From Bifidobacteriaceae bacterium (GTDB lineage: Bacteria; Bacillota; Clostridia; Christensenellales; Borkfalkiaceae), in assembly GCA_963610935.1 (NCBI GenBank), contig CAVDPT010000009.1:2597-66596 (forward strand): a stretch of 64,000 nucleotides of DNA, read 5' to 3'. Each line of letters opens with the position of its first letter. The first letter of the stretch is position 1. A program made the position numbers and the translations under genes. Below the pieces are notes generated by a model that did not search any database, was not told where the DNA came from, and saw only the letters and a list, made by a program, of their open reading frames with translations. Of the stretch, positions 1 through 10,963 are shown piece after piece.

Positions 1-1251
1 GAAAAATTCGGCGCGATGAAGGCGCAATGGGAGAACGAAAAGAAGAGTATTCACGAGGTTTCCGACTTAAAATCCGAAATCGAAAAGGTGAACGCGGAGA
101 TAGAGACGGCGCAGAGAAACGCCGACTACGAACACGCGGCAAAGCTCAAATATTCCACTCTCCCCGAGCTAAATAAAAAGTTAGAAGAAGCGTCCCGTCG
201 CGAAGGCAAGCAGAAAAACACCCTGCTTCGCGACACCGTTACCGAAGAAGAAATCGCGAAAGTCGTTTCACGCTGGACGGGTATTCCCCTTTCAAAGCTT
301 ATGGAGGGCGAAAGAGAAAAGATTCTGCACCTTCCCGACATTCTGCATAAGCGTGTAGTCGGACAGGACGAAGCGGTGGAAAAGGTTTCGGAAGCGATTA
401 TGCGTTCCCGCGCGGGCATAGCGGATCCCAACCGCCCGATAGGTTCGTTTATGTTTTTAGGACCGACGGGCGTAGGCAAAACCGAGCTTGCGAAGGCTCT
501 TGCGGAAAGCTTGTTCGACGACGAGCATAACCTTGTCAGAATAGATATGACCGAGTATATGGAAAAATTCTCGGTGTCGAGGCTTATCGGCGCGCCCCCC
601 GGATACGTCGGGTACGAAGAGGGCGGTCAGCTAACCGAAGCGGTGAGAAGAAAACCCTACTCCGTTATCCTCTTCGACGAAATCGAAAAGGCGCACCCCG
701 ACGTGTTCAATATCCTTTTGCAGGTATTAGACGACGGCAGAATAACCGATTCGCAGGGGCGCACGGTGGACTTTAAGAATACGATTATAATTCTTACCTC
801 TAACCTCGGCTCGAATTACATTCTCGAAGGCATCGACGAAAAGACGGGCGAAATATCGGAAACCGCAAAGGCGGAGGTAAACGCGCTCTTAAAGAAGTCT
901 TTCCGTCCCGAATTCCTTAACAGGCTCGACGAGACGATTATGTTTAAGCCGCTCTCGAAAGAAAACGTCACGGGTATAATAGACCTGCTCCTTAACTCTC
1001 TCAAAGAGAGAATGGAAGAAAGACGGTTGCGCCTTTCGGTTACGGACGAAGCGAAGGCGTTTATCGTGGATCACGGTTACGATCCGATTTACGGCGCAAG
1101 ACCTTTGAAGAGATATTTACAAGGAAAGGTGGAAACCTTACTTGCTAAAAAGATGCTCGAAGCGGACCTCGCTCCGAACAGCGAACTCGTGGTAGAAGAA
1201 GAAAACGGCGACCTCGTCGTAAAAGTAATTCCGCCCGAAGTAAAGGAATAA
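1..1251 (+). CDS. clpB: ClpB/Hsp100 disaggregase, C-terminal part (5' end lies outside the window)
   Basis: Reading frame is open to nt 1. Coiled-coil middle-domain end is followed by NBD2 with Walker A GPTGVGKT, Walker [11 protein letters not shown], and GARPLKR near the C-terminus. Confidence 0.9.
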   Translation, partial: EKFGAMKAQWENEKKSIHEVSDLKSEIEKVNAEIETAQRNADYEHAAKLKYSTLPELNKKLEEASRREGKQKNTLLRDTVTEEEIAKVVSRWTGIPLSKLMEGEREKILHLPDILHKRVVGQDEAVEKVSEAIMRSRAGIADPNRPIGSFMFLGPTGVGKTELAKALAESLFDDEHNLVRIDMTEYMEKFSVSRLIGAPPGYVGYEEGGQLTEAVRRKPYSVILFDEIEKAHPDVFNILLQVLDDGRITDSQGRTVDFKNTIIILTSNLGSNYILEGIDEKTGEISETAKAEVNALLKKSFRPEFLNRLDETIMFKPLSKENVTGIIDLLLNSLKERMEERRLRLSVTDEAKAFIVDHGYDPIYGARPLKRYLQGKVETLLAKKMLEADLAPNSELVVEEENGDLVVKVIPPEVKE

Positions 1252-1345
1252 TAGCGCGACTTTTCCGTAACGCGTCGTAACGGCGCGACGCCTATCGCTA
1301 CAAAACGCCTTAAAACCCGCGACGGATAAAAACCGCCATACGAAA

Positions 1346-1386
1346 AAATCCGACCTTCGTCTTTGACGAACGGTCGGATTTTATTG
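1346..1386. terminator. Bidirectional intrinsic terminator between convergent clpB and rny
   Basis: Long hairpin aatccgaccttcgt/acgaacggtcggatt, flanked by an A-run upstream and ttttatt downstream. Confidence 0.6.
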
Positions 1387-1431
1387 TTAAGTCAAAACGG
1401 AAAACTCTCTTTTTCCGCAGCTCTGCAACGG

Positions 1432-3042
1432 TTATTTCGCAAATTCCGTCGCGCGCCATTCTCTGATGACGTTGACCTTTATCTGCCCCGGATATTCCAT
1501 CTCCTGCTCTATCTTTTTGGCTATTTCCTTTGCGAGGAACAATGTCTGCGCGTCGTTCACCTGTTCGGGCTTGACCATTACGCGCACCTCTCTGCCCGCC
1601 TGAATGGCGTAGCTCTTCTCGACGCCCTTGAAGCCCGACGAGATTTCCTCGAGCTTCTGAAGTCTCTTGATATAGTTGGTGGTGGTTTCTCTTCTCGCCC
1701 CCGGTCTCGCGCCCGAAATGCCGTCCGCCGCCGCAACGAGTACCGCTTCTATCGTCTTGGGTTCTACGTCGCCGTGGTGAGCGAGAATGGCGTTCACGAC
1801 GTTGTTGTTTTCTCTGTACTTTTTGGCGAGGTCCGCGCCTATCTGCATATGCGTGCCTTCGACCTCGAAGTCAACCGCCTTGCCGATGTCGTGGAGAAGT
1901 CCCGCGCGCTTTGCAAAAGCGGGATCTACGCCGAGCTCGGTAGCCATAACCCCCGCGAGGTGCGACACCTCTATGGAGTGCTTTAGCACGTTCTGACCGT
2001 AGCTGGTACGGAATTTAAGTCTGCCGAGAAGCTTGACGAGTTCGGGGTGAAGTCCGAAAATGCCGCACTCGAACATCGCCGCTTCGCCCGCTTCTTTAAT
2101 CTGCTGATCGAGCTCTTTTTTCACCTTTTCGACCGTCTCTTCTATGCGGGCGGGGTGAATTCTGCCGTCCTGAATAAGGCGTTCCAAAGCGATTCTCGCA
2201 ACCTCGCGCCTTACGGGATCGAAGCCCGAAACGATAACCACTTCGGGCGTATCGTCTATGATAAGCTCTATACCCGTAGCGTTTTCGATGGTACGAATGT
2301 TCCTGCCCTCTCTGCCTATGATTCTCGCCTTCATGTCGTCGGAAGGGAGCGGCACGACGGAAACGGTAAGCTCGGTCGCCTGATCGGTGCTGCATTTCTG
2401 AATAGCGAGGCTGACGATTTCTTTCGCCTTTCTCTCGCCGTTTTCTTTCGCTTCCGCTTCGATGTTCTTAACCATACCGGCGGCGTCTCTTTTCGCCTCG
2501 TCGGTGATGGCGTCGATAAGCTGTTTTTTCGCCTCTTCTTTGCTCATCTGCGCGATTTTCTCGAATTCCTCGAGCATTTTATCGTGCTGTGCGGAGATGT
2601 CCGAAAGCTTTTTGTCGTATTCGGACTGCTTTGCTTTGAGGTTTTCCTGCTGTTTTGCAACCTCGTCCAGTCTCTTCGTCAAGTGGTCGTCCTTTTTGTC
2701 GAGCGTTTCCTCTTTCTGCGTGAGCCTGTTTTCCGTTTTCTGAAGCTCGGCGCGCTTTTCTTTCGTCTCGCGCTCCAAGTCTCCTCTTAGTTTGATTTCC
2801 TGTTCTTTAACCTCTAAAAGAGCTTCTTTTTTAATTCTTTTACTCTCTTCGGTCGCCTCTGCAATCATTCTCGATTTTTCTTCTTGTATAGAACCGAGAT
2901 CCTTTTTATAATTCCTGAACGAAATAAAAAATATAACTGCAAGCACCACGGCTGCGACGAGCAATACTCCGAAAACTATCGCGAGTATTCCTCCCACTCC
3001 GAGTGATGCCAAGAACAGGGAGCCGTAATTAAAATTATGCAT
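1432..3042 (-). CDS. rny: Ribonuclease Y
   Basis: N-terminal TM helix, long K/E coiled coil, KH domain ([10 protein letters not shown]) and HD domain (LLHDIGKA...HH). Confidence 0.92.
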   Translation of the reverse strand: MHNFNYGSLFLASLGVGGILAIVFGVLLVAAVVLAVIFFISFRNYKKDLGSIQEEKSRMIAEATEESKRIKKEALLEVKEQEIKLRGDLERETKEKRAELQKTENRLTQKEETLDKKDDHLTKRLDEVAKQQENLKAKQSEYDKKLSDISAQHDKMLEEFEKIAQMSKEEAKKQLIDAITDEAKRDAAGMVKNIEAEAKENGERKAKEIVSLAIQKCSTDQATELTVSVVPLPSDDMKARIIGREGRNIRTIENATGIELIIDDTPEVVIVSGFDPVRREVARIALERLIQDGRIHPARIEETVEKVKKELDQQIKEAGEAAMFECGIFGLHPELVKLLGRLKFRTSYGQNVLKHSIEVSHLAGVMATELGVDPAFAKRAGLLHDIGKAVDFEVEGTHMQIGADLAKKYRENNNVVNAILAHHGDVEPKTIEAVLVAAADGISGARPGARRETTTNYIKRLQKLEEISSGFKGVEKSYAIQAGREVRVMVKPEQVNDAQTLFLAKEIAKKIEQEMEYPGQIKVNVIREWRATEFAK

Positions 3043-3074
3043 AAATAATGCCCTCCTGTTTTTTGTCTGCCCGA

Positions 3075-3097
3075 AAAAGGCGCGACGCGCCTTTTTC
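3075..3097 (-). terminator. Intrinsic terminator after recA
   Basis: The minus strand reads ggcgcgtcgcgcc hairpin followed by ttttt. Confidence 0.5.
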
Positions 3098-3165
3098 GCT
3101 TAGCACTATATTCTATTGTATAACAATTTTATTTCTTTGTCAATTATAAAGCGGTAATTATTCGC

Positions 3166-4176
3166 TTATTCGCTCGCCGCGCCGCTTTTACCCTTCAAAG
3201 CGTCCATAATGCGAGCCTGCGCCTCCGCCGCGATTTCGGGGTTGCTCTCGAAATAATCTGTAGCCTTTTCTCTGCCCTGCGCGATTTTTTCGCCGTTATA
3301 CGAAAACCACGCGCCGCTCTTTTCTATAATTCCGCAAGCGACGCCGAGGTCCACGATACAGCTGCCTTTCGATATGCCCTTGCCGTAAATAATGTCGAAT
3401 TCCGCGGTCTTAAAGGGCGGAGCGACCTTGTTTTTAACGATTTTCGCCTTGGTATGATTTCCGTATGCGTTGCCGTCGCTCTTTAACGCGTCCCCCTTTC
3501 TCACGTCTATTCTCACGCTCGCGTAGAATTTGAGCGCTTTGCCGCCCGCCGTAACTTCGGGATTTCCGAACATTACTCCCACCTTCTCGCGGAGCTGGTT
3601 GATAAAGATGATGCAGGTCTTGCTCTTTGCGGTAATTGCGGTGAGCTTACGGAGCGCCTGACTCATAAGTCTTGCCTGAAGTCCGACGTGCGCGTCGCCC
3701 ATATCGCCTTCTATTTCCGCTTTCGGGGTAAGCGCGGCAACCGAGTCCACAACGATTAAGTCTACAGCCTTACTCGAAACGAGCGACGCGGTTATGTCGA
3801 GAGCCTGCTCGCCGTGGTCGGGCTGGGACACGTACAGTTCGTCGAGGTTTACGCCGAGGTTTTTGGCGTAGACGGGGTCGAGGGCGTGTTCGGCGTCTAT
3901 AAAGGCGCATATGCCGCCGTTTTTCTGCGTCTCCGCAATGCAGTGAAGGGCGACGGTGGTTTTACCCGAGGATTCGGGTCCGTAGATTTCGATAATTCTT
4001 CCCCTCGGAAGTCCGCCCACGCCGATAGCGACGTCAAGCGAAAGACAGCCCGTGGGAAGCACCTCTATGCCCTCGTCCGCACTGCTCGCGCCGAGGCGCA
4101 TAATCGCGCCCTTGCCGTACTGCTTTTCGATTTGCGCCATTATACCGTCTAACGCTTTGATTTTGTTTTCATCCAT
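3166..4176 (-). CDS. recA: Recombinase RecA
   Basis: GPESSGKTT Walker A, the [24 protein letters not shown]2 region, and full-length colinearity with RecA. Confidence 0.97.
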   Translation of the reverse strand: MDENKIKALDGIMAQIEKQYGKGAIMRLGASSADEGIEVLPTGCLSLDVAIGVGGLPRGRIIEIYGPESSGKTTVALHCIAETQKNGGICAFIDAEHALDPVYAKNLGVNLDELYVSQPDHGEQALDITASLVSSKAVDLIVVDSVAALTPKAEIEGDMGDAHVGLQARLMSQALRKLTAITAKSKTCIIFINQLREKVGVMFGNPEVTAGGKALKFYASVRIDVRKGDALKSDGNAYGNHTKAKIVKNKVAPPFKTAEFDIIYGKGISKGSCIVDLGVACGIIEKSGAWFSYNGEKIAQGREKATDYFESNPEIAAEAQARIMDALKGKSGAASE

Positions 4177-4182
4177 TTTCTT

Positions 4183-5388
4183 CTATATCCTTTTAAGTTT
4201 TTTTATCGCAAGAAACAGCGCGGTATTCTTTGCCGTTTCTGTTATCGTCTCTCTCGTTCCGTTAAAGCGGAAGCGGTACACGTCCACTCCGTCTTTCATG
4301 CCTACCGCTATAAAGCACAGTCCGACGGGCTTTCCCGAGCCGTCGCCGTTAGGTCCCGCTATCCCCGTGGTCGCTATCGCGAGGTCGGTTTCGCCGCCCG
4401 CAAGAAGCCCCACCGCCATTTGGTAAGCCACTACCGAGCTGACCGCACCCTCTCGCACGAGGTCTGCGTGTTTAACGCCGAGCCGACGTTTTTTGCTCGT
4501 CTCGTCGTAGCAAACCACTCCTTCGTACACTACGTCGGACGCGCCCGCGTTTTTCACGACGTCCGCGACGACTCTTCCGCCCGTAAAGGATTCCGCGGTG
4601 GATAGCCGCACCTTTTTTAAGCGCAGAAGGTCGAAAAGCCGTTCGGAAAGGGTTACGTCGTCCTCCGCGTAAAGCCCTTCTTTCAGCTCGGAAACTATCG
4701 TCCGCACCGCTTCCGAGCCGCCCTTTTCGGCGTATTTTTCAAAGAGGAGCGAAAGCGTTATATCACCGCAATTCTCTTTTATATCGTAATTAAAGCTTTC
4801 CCCCGATTGGGCTTTAGCCTTTTCGACTGCGGACATCACGTCTTTTTTTTCGCCGCAATATTTTAAGACGAGCCGCTTATATTTAAGGTCGTATTTTTTT
4901 TCGAGATACGGAAGAACGTATTTTTCGCAAGCCTGCTTAAACTCCGCGATTCCCGCAGGCAGAACCATCAGGGTAAAATCCCTGTCTTCCGTCATAAACC
5001 CCTGAAACGCGCCTAAAACGTTCGGCACGAGCGAAGCGTCGGCGGGAAGCCGCGCATATTCCTCTTGCCCGTCCTCTTCTCCGTACGGGCAGGCGGCTTT
5101 GGCAAACCCGAGCGCGTTCTCGTTTTCGACGAGCGCGGTAGAAGAAAGCTCGCAGATAACCTCTTTTATCGGAAACTCCGCCTCGTCCCCGCCCGCTATA
5201 ATGAGGTTGTCCGAGACGTCTTTAAGCCGCTCGAAAGCCCCGCGAAAAAAAGCCTCCCCCGAAGCGGGCAAAACCTCTAAAACGTCAACGGAAAAGCCGC
5301 CGTTATAAAGGGTTTTCGTATAAACCGCAAGTCGCTCGGCGTCAATCTCCGCCGCGGCGGTTTTAAAGGTTATCAACGCGTTTTTCAT
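4183..5388 (-). CDS. cinA: CinA-family protein with a divergent N-terminal domain and a C-terminal PncC-type nicotinamide-nucleotide amidase domain
   Basis: C-terminal STAESFTGG...ATTGIAGP motifs, and the conserved position directly upstream of recA. Confidence 0.8.
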   Translation of the reverse strand: MKNALITFKTAAAEIDAERLAVYTKTLYNGGFSVDVLEVLPASGEAFFRGAFERLKDVSDNLIIAGGDEAEFPIKEVICELSSTALVENENALGFAKAACPYGEEDGQEEYARLPADASLVPNVLGAFQGFMTEDRDFTLMVLPAGIAEFKQACEKYVLPYLEKKYDLKYKRLVLKYCGEKKDVMSAVEKAKAQSGESFNYDIKENCGDITLSLLFEKYAEKGGSEAVRTIVSELKEGLYAEDDVTLSERLFDLLRLKKVRLSTAESFTGGRVVADVVKNAGASDVVYEGVVCYDETSKKRRLGVKHADLVREGAVSSVVAYQMAVGLLAGGETDLAIATTGIAGPNGDGSGKPVGLCFIAVGMKDGVDVYRFRFNGTRETITETAKNTALFLAIKKLKRI

Positions 5389-5966
5389 TTCTTTTCCGTC
5401 TGAAGAACCTTACGATTTTTTATTATGCACTCCGCCCCCGAATAAATCGTGAGAAGAGTAGCTATCCCTAAAAGAACCATGCCTATTACGTTTATAACTC
5501 CGTAAGGCTCGGAAGAAACGTCCTTCGCTACGAGCAGAACGACGATCGCCACGTCCTGAACGGTAGTTTTGATTTTTCCCGAAAGGTCCGCGGCAAGCAC
5601 CGCGCCTTTACCTGCGGCAATCATACGGAAACCCGATATAATAAGCTCTCTCGCGAGGATTATAGCGACGGCTATCGAACCGTACCACGGGAGAACGGGA
5701 ACTTCCCTTTCAAACGCGACGAGCATTACAATGAGCGCGGTGGACACGAGAACCTTGTCCGCAATGGGGTCTAAAAACTTGCCGAGGTCGGTTACCATGT
5801 TATACTTTCTCGCGATATACCCGTCGAGAAAATCGGTAAACGCGGCGAGCGCGAATATAACCGCCGAGATTATAAACCTGTAAGGTATTGCGGGGATAAA
5901 AAACACCGCCACGAAAACAGGTATCATTATAATCCTTAAAAACGTCAATTTCATAGGTAAATTCAT
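5385..5966 (-). CDS. pgsA: CDP-diacylglycerol--glycerol-3-phosphate 3-phosphatidyltransferase
   Basis: CDP-alcohol phosphatidyltransferase motif DFLDGYIARK...LDPIADK, multi-TM, and the rimO-pgsA-cinA-recA synteny. Confidence 0.85.
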   Translation of the reverse strand: MNLPMKLTFLRIIMIPVFVAVFFIPAIPYRFIISAVIFALAAFTDFLDGYIARKYNMVTDLGKFLDPIADKVLVSTALIVMLVAFEREVPVLPWYGSIAVAIILARELIISGFRMIAAGKGAVLAADLSGKIKTTVQDVAIVVLLVAKDVSSEPYGVINVIGMVLLGIATLLTIYSGAECIIKNRKVLQTEKK

Positions 5967-7294
5967 ATTCTTTCTCCGTAAAGGTCGTAGCCCGTTGCCT
6001 TTGTGATTTTTACTCTTAAATATTTCCCGTATTCCACTTCGGAATCCGAAAAGAAATAAATTTTTCCGTCCACGTCGGGCGCGTTGAAATACGCCCTTCC
6101 GTAATAGGCCAAAGCGTTTTCGTCAAACCCCTCGGCAAGCACGTTGAAAACCCTGCCCACCAGCTTTTTGTTGTTTTCCTTAACGATTTTTTTCTGAACC
6201 GAATAGAGCTTTTTAAGCCGCGCGGTCTTTACGCTCTCCTTTAGATGTCCGTCCAGCTTATCCGCGGGCGTGTCCTTTTCTCTGCTGTACTTAAAAAACC
6301 CCGCCGCTTCGAGCTTCGCTTTATTTAAAAATTCGACGAGCGCGTTAAAGTCCTCTTCGCTCTCTTTGGGAAAACCCGTAATAAAGGTGGAGCGAATCGC
6401 AATCCCCGCCACCTCGCGACGGAGCTTTTCTATAAGGGCAAGATATTCCGCTCCCGTCCCTTTTCTGTTCATTCTTTTAAGCACCGAGTCGGAAGCGTGC
6501 TGAAACGGCACGTCTATGTATCTTATGACCTTTGCGTTCACCGCCATTTCGTGAATAAGCTCTCCCGTAATATTTTCGGGATAACAATACAGTAGCCTTA
6601 TGCCCTTTACGTTAGGCAGCGCGGAAAGTTTTCTTATAAGCTCGGTCAAAGTTATTTGCGGCAAAAGGTCTTTTCCGTAAGCCGCCGCGTCCTGCGCGAC
6701 GAGTATAAGCTCGTTTACCTCGCCGAGGCTTTTCGCCTCTTCTAAAAGGTCGGCTATCGGAACGGAGCGGTATTTGCCGCGGATTTTGGGGATAAGACAG
6801 TACGTGCAGTGATTGTCGCACCCGTCCGCGATTTTAAGGTACGCATAGCCGTCCGTCGTGAGAAGGCGTTTCGTCCCGCATTCTCCCCGCGGCACGCCTA
6901 CCGCAAGCACTCGTTCTCCGTCCGTTATTCTGTCTATAACCTCGTTTATCTCGTCGTAATCGGAAACGCCGAGAAAAGCGTCCGCTTCGGGAAAGCCCTT
7001 CTCCGTTTCGTCGAGGAATTTTTGAGGGAGACAGCCCGTCACGATAAGCTTTTTCGCGCTGCCGCTTTTTTTGTATTCTGCGGCGGATAGAATCTCCTCT
7101 ACGGATTCCCTTCTCGAGCTATTTAAAAAGGCGCAGGTGTTGACTACGATAATATCCGCTTTTTCTATATCGCCCGTAATCTCGTGCTTTTCGCTGATTT
7201 TTGCGAGCATTTTTTCGGTGTCGACGCGGTTTTTATCGCACCCTAACGATATTACGCCGACCTTAAGTCCGCTTTTTTCGCTTAACTTCTCCAT
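5963..7294 (-). CDS. rimO: Ribosomal protein S12 methylthiotransferase RimO (MiaB-family radical SAM)
   Basis: N-terminal MTTase Cys residues, radical-SAM CDNHCTYC, C-terminal TRAM-like domain, and synteny with pgsA. Confidence 0.8.
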   Translation of the reverse strand: MEKLSEKSGLKVGVISLGCDKNRVDTEKMLAKISEKHEITGDIEKADIIVVNTCAFLNSSRRESVEEILSAAEYKKSGSAKKLIVTGCLPQKFLDETEKGFPEADAFLGVSDYDEINEVIDRITDGERVLAVGVPRGECGTKRLLTTDGYAYLKIADGCDNHCTYCLIPKIRGKYRSVPIADLLEEAKSLGEVNELILVAQDAAAYGKDLLPQITLTELIRKLSALPNVKGIRLLYCYPENITGELIHEMAVNAKVIRYIDVPFQHASDSVLKRMNRKGTGAEYLALIEKLRREVAGIAIRSTFITGFPKESEEDFNALVEFLNKAKLEAAGFFKYSREKDTPADKLDGHLKESVKTARLKKLYSVQKKIVKENNKKLVGRVFNVLAEGFDENALAYYGRAYFNAPDVDGKIYFFSDSEVEYGKYLRVKITKATGYDLYGERI

Positions 7295-7356
7295 AAAACT
7301 TCTCTTTGCCGCTCTTTTTCCGCCCTTCTAAAGCTGAAAAAGACGAGCCTCGTTTA

Positions 7357-10300
7357 TCAATACACGTCGGGCATTTCGCCGAATTTTTCTATAAACTCCT
7401 CGCGGGAAATAAGCACCCTGCGCGCTTTACTCCCCTCGTTGCCCGACACAAAGCCCATTCTCTCCATTTTATCAACCAGTCCGCCCGCTCTCGCGTAGCC
7501 TATCTGAAATCTTCTCTGAAGTTGCGAAATGGATACCGTTCCCGAATTCACCGCAAGCCACAACGCTTTGAGGAAAAACTCGTTCACGCCGTCGTCGTCC
7601 TCGTCTCCGCCGCCGTCCGCCGCGGAAACCTCGGCGTCGCGCGGACGAGAGGACTTGTCCAAGAATTCCTGCAATTCCTCGTCGAAATACGCGGCGTTGT
7701 TTTCTATTATATACTTGACGACGGAGTTTATCTCTCTGTCGCTTATCCACGCGCCCTGATACCGCTCGCACTCCGGCATAGCGGAATTCTTATAAAGCAT
7801 ATCGCCGTTGCCGAGCAGTTTTTCCGCTCCGCCCTGCGAAAGAATGGTCTGCGAATCCGCAGAGTTCATAACCTTTAACGCTATACGAGAAGGCAAATTC
7901 GCCTTTATCGTACCCGTTATTATATCTACCGAGGGACGCTGTGTCGCAAGCACTAAATGCACTCCCGCCGCCCTCGCCTTCTGTGCGAGCGCGCGTATGC
8001 GCGCCTCCATATCCTTTTTGCTCGTCTCCATAAGGTCGGCAAGCTCGTCCACGATAATCACTATGCGCGGCATTTTCGGCACGGTGTCGCTTGCCACCTC
8101 TTTATTATATCCGTCTATGTCGCTGATAACGCTCTCGGTACAGGCGGCGAACACGTCGTAACGCCTTTCCATTTCGTTATACGCCCATTGAAGTACCGCA
8201 ATAGCCTTCTGCGGTTCGGTAACTATCTCGTCTATCATAAGGTGCGGCAAATGCTCGTAACAGCGGAAGCCCACGCGCTTCGGATCTATAAGGATAAGCC
8301 TCAATTCCTCGGGGCTGTACCGCATAATAAGACTGACTATCATAACGTTGAGACAAACGCTCTTGCCCGAACCCGTCGCGCCCGCAACGAGATAGTGCGG
8401 ACCTTTCGCAAGGTTGTCGGTAATAGCGTCGCCGACGAGGTTTTTGCCGATCGCAAAGGTGAGCGCGCCCGCCTTTTCGGGTTTGCCCGCCGCGCCCTCC
8501 AAGACTTCTCTTATCCCGACGGGGACGGGGGTTTTGTTTGCAACCTCTATGCCGACGAGGTTTTTCCCCGGGATAGGAGCCTCTATTCTCACGCCGCTTT
8601 TGGAAGCGAGACGCATGCGCAAATCGTCGTCGTAGGAAAGCACTTTCCTGACCGGAACACCCGCAGGCATCATAATTTCGTAGCGGGTAATGGTCGGTCC
8701 CTGCACGTAGCTCTGCGGAACCGCGTTGACGTGGAATTCCTCGAGGGTACGCTGTATGACTTCCATTCTCTCCTCGTGGTCTTCTTGCGGCGCGTTCACG
8801 GGTGCGGAGCGCGCCTCCAAGAGGTCGAGCGGAGGACGAACGTATTCTCTGTTTATAGGCGGCTGAACTTTTTCGGGTTTATTCTCTTTTTCTTCCTCTC
8901 TTGCGGCGAAAGCGCCGCCGAACGCAAGCCTCGCCCCGTTTCTGCCGCGATCGCTTGCCTCTTCTCCGGTCCGAACGCCGCCGTTATCGTCCGCGATCGC
9001 CCTGCTTATAAATCCGCTTTTCTCTTCCGCGCTTTTGTCCTCTCCGAACAATATTTTGCCCGCTCTCGGCTCGCGAATGACTTTCGGCTCGCCCGCGTCC
9101 TCTTCTGCGCCGTCGCCGAAAATGTCTCGCGCGCTTATACCCCTTTCCCTCGTTCTTCCGCCGAAACTCTCGGCGTTCTCGCGAGATGCGATTTCCTCCG
9201 CCTTATCCTCTGTTTTCTCTTTATTTGCCACGTCGCCGCGACCGACAAAGCTCTCGCTTCCCGTCGTAAACGTCCTTTTCTCGGACGCCCCGTCGTAAGA
9301 AATGCCCGACGCTTCGGCGGCTTTTTTTGCCTCTTCCGCCGCTTTGAGCCTTTCCGCAAGAGTGGGCTTGTAATTCGCCTGCTTTTCCGCGCTTTTCGAG
9401 GGCTCTCCGTTTGTAGCTCCCGTCGCGCTCGTCGAGGAGCCGACGGGCGTCGCCGTGCCTGACGAAATCACGCCGCCTTGCTTATTTAAGCCGTTCGTCG
9501 CGCCGTACCGTTTGTTGGTAAAATATCCGCCGTTTTCCGCAGAAACCTTTTTCTCTTCGTTCGCGCTGCCGGCATACTTACCCGCAAAGTAAGCGGAATG
9601 AAGGGCGGCGGCGTTTGCCGCGGCGTCGTTGCCGTTATGCTCGCGGAAGGGAATAGCGGAAAAACTCTTTCCTTCGGTTTGCGCCGACGCGCTCGGCGAA
9701 GAGCTTGTTATCGGCGCGGAAACCTTGGTATCGCTCGTATATTTTCCGATGATTTTATCGTTCTTTAAGTCGTAACTCGGCGGAGTTTTGACGTATTCTA
9801 TTTTCTTCTTCAAATCTTCTCGGTAAGCGTCGGAATAGGACGCGTCCGATTTACCCACGCCGAGACCGTTTTTCTCGAAGTCGATTTTTATCCCCGAAGC
9901 CTTGTCGGACCTTGCGATTTCGCGCTTGGTCTTGAGCTTGAAATCGTCGGGGTTGGAAACGAACAGGCGTTGTTCGGAGCGGACTTTGTCAAACTTAACG
10001 TCCGACGCGGGATACTCCTTCACCCCCGAGATGACGGGATTTAAGGGCGGCTCGTTTGCGGGCGCGTAAGAGCTGCGCAGTTTTTTTTCGCGGGCCTCGG
10101 GTTTGCTTTTTGCGCTTTTAACGACGTCCGCTATCGCGAAATATACAAAAATCGCGAAAACCGCTCCGACGACGACGCACCCGCCCGTCAACTGCATAAG
10201 CGTTAAAAACGGATAGGCGATAATCGCCGTCAAAAACCCGCCCGCGGAGGCGGTGGCGATACCCCCGCTTCCTTTTTGGTAAGACGCGGTAACGTAATCG

Positions 10301-10656
10301 GCAAAGCTATACCCCGCGCCGCCGTTGTCGCCCATAGCGAGAAGATGCAAAAAGGTCGCGAGCGCGATGAACGCGAGGGTTATATAGGCTTTTCTCCTTG
10401 CGGAAAAACCCGTTTTTTTATCGGTTATAAGGAAAATACCCGCAATTTCGCCCCAAGCGGCTACGGCGTACGCAAAGTAGCCGAACACGCCGAACAAAAA
10501 CGCGTTCACGTATTGCCCCGGGGCTGAAAAAACCTGCTCGCGGGTTATTAAGCAAACGAGACAAAGCGTGGTGAAAAGCACGAGAACGACGCCAAGCGTC
10601 TCTTTCGTCAACACCGACCGTTCGCTTTTGTTTTTTTCCTTTCTGGTACTGTTCAA
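7357..10656 (-). CDS. ftsK: DNA translocase FtsK/SpoIIIE
   Basis: N-terminal TM helices, a long low-complexity linker, motor domain with GATGSGKS and IVIIVDELADL, and a C-terminal gamma wHTH. TTG start is preceded by aggggtga. Confidence 0.9.
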   Translation of the reverse strand: MNSTRKEKNKSERSVLTKETLGVVLVLFTTLCLVCLITREQVFSAPGQYVNAFLFGVFGYFAYAVAAWGEIAGIFLITDKKTGFSARRKAYITLAFIALATFLHLLAMGDNGGAGYSFADYVTASYQKGSGGIATASAGGFLTAIIAYPFLTLMQLTGGCVVVGAVFAIFVYFAIADVVKSAKSKPEAREKKLRSSYAPANEPPLNPVISGVKEYPASDVKFDKVRSEQRLFVSNPDDFKLKTKREIARSDKASGIKIDFEKNGLGVGKSDASYSDAYREDLKKKIEYVKTPPSYDLKNDKIIGKYTSDTKVSAPITSSSPSASAQTEGKSFSAIPFREHNGNDAAANAAALHSAYFAGKYAGSANEEKKVSAENGGYFTNKRYGATNGLNKQGGVISSGTATPVGSSTSATGATNGEPSKSAEKQANYKPTLAERLKAAEEAKKAAEASGISYDGASEKRTFTTGSESFVGRGDVANKEKTEDKAEEIASRENAESFGGRTRERGISARDIFGDGAEEDAGEPKVIREPRAGKILFGEDKSAEEKSGFISRAIADDNGGVRTGEEASDRGRNGARLAFGGAFAAREEEKENKPEKVQPPINREYVRPPLDLLEARSAPVNAPQEDHEERMEVIQRTLEEFHVNAVPQSYVQGPTITRYEIMMPAGVPVRKVLSYDDDLRMRLASKSGVRIEAPIPGKNLVGIEVANKTPVPVGIREVLEGAAGKPEKAGALTFAIGKNLVGDAITDNLAKGPHYLVAGATGSGKSVCLNVMIVSLIMRYSPEELRLILIDPKRVGFRCYEHLPHLMIDEIVTEPQKAIAVLQWAYNEMERRYDVFAACTESVISDIDGYNKEVASDTVPKMPRIVIIVDELADLMETSKKDMEARIRALAQKARAAGVHLVLATQRPSVDIITGTIKANLPSRIALKVMNSADSQTILSQGGAEKLLGNGDMLYKNSAMPECERYQGAWISDREINSVVKYIIENNAAYFDEELQEFLDKSSRPRDAEVSAADGGGDEDDDGVNEFFLKALWLAVNSGTVSISQLQRRFQIGYARAGGLVDKMERMGFVSGNEGSKARRVLISREEFIEKFGEMPDVY

Positions 10657-10857
10657 AACGTCACCCCTAAAAAACGTATTCGCCCTTAAATTATACCAAA
10701 AGCACCGCGATTTTACAACGTAATTAAGAAAGAATTACAAAAATATTTTACGCGTGCGGAGTTTTTTCCGCAAATATGCGTTTAATCGCCGTATTCGTAG
10801 CCGACGGAGCGTCTAATTCGCCGCTTTAACTAAAAACGAACAACCCTCCCGCCGATA

Positions 10858-10900
10858 TATAAAAAGGCAGTCGCTCGTTTTGCGTAAGCGATTGCCTTTT
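10858..10900 (-). terminator. Intrinsic terminator after ppdK
   Basis: Minus-strand hairpin aaggcaatcgct/agcgactgcctt followed by ttttt. Confidence 0.5.
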
Positions 10901-10963
10901 GATTGTTTTTTCGGAACGTCTCGTCGCAAGTCGCGGCGGCGTTTAGCCTTTTCCGCCAAAAGC

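Noticed and set aside
7957-9462. 501-aa ORF on the + strand, plus several other 60-300-aa ORFs, overlapping ftsK.
   Set aside because: It is entirely antisense to a well-supported FtsK gene. Its composition is Arg/Phe/Leu-rich and junk-like, with no SD. This is the typical shadow ORF produced by the codon bias of the sense gene.
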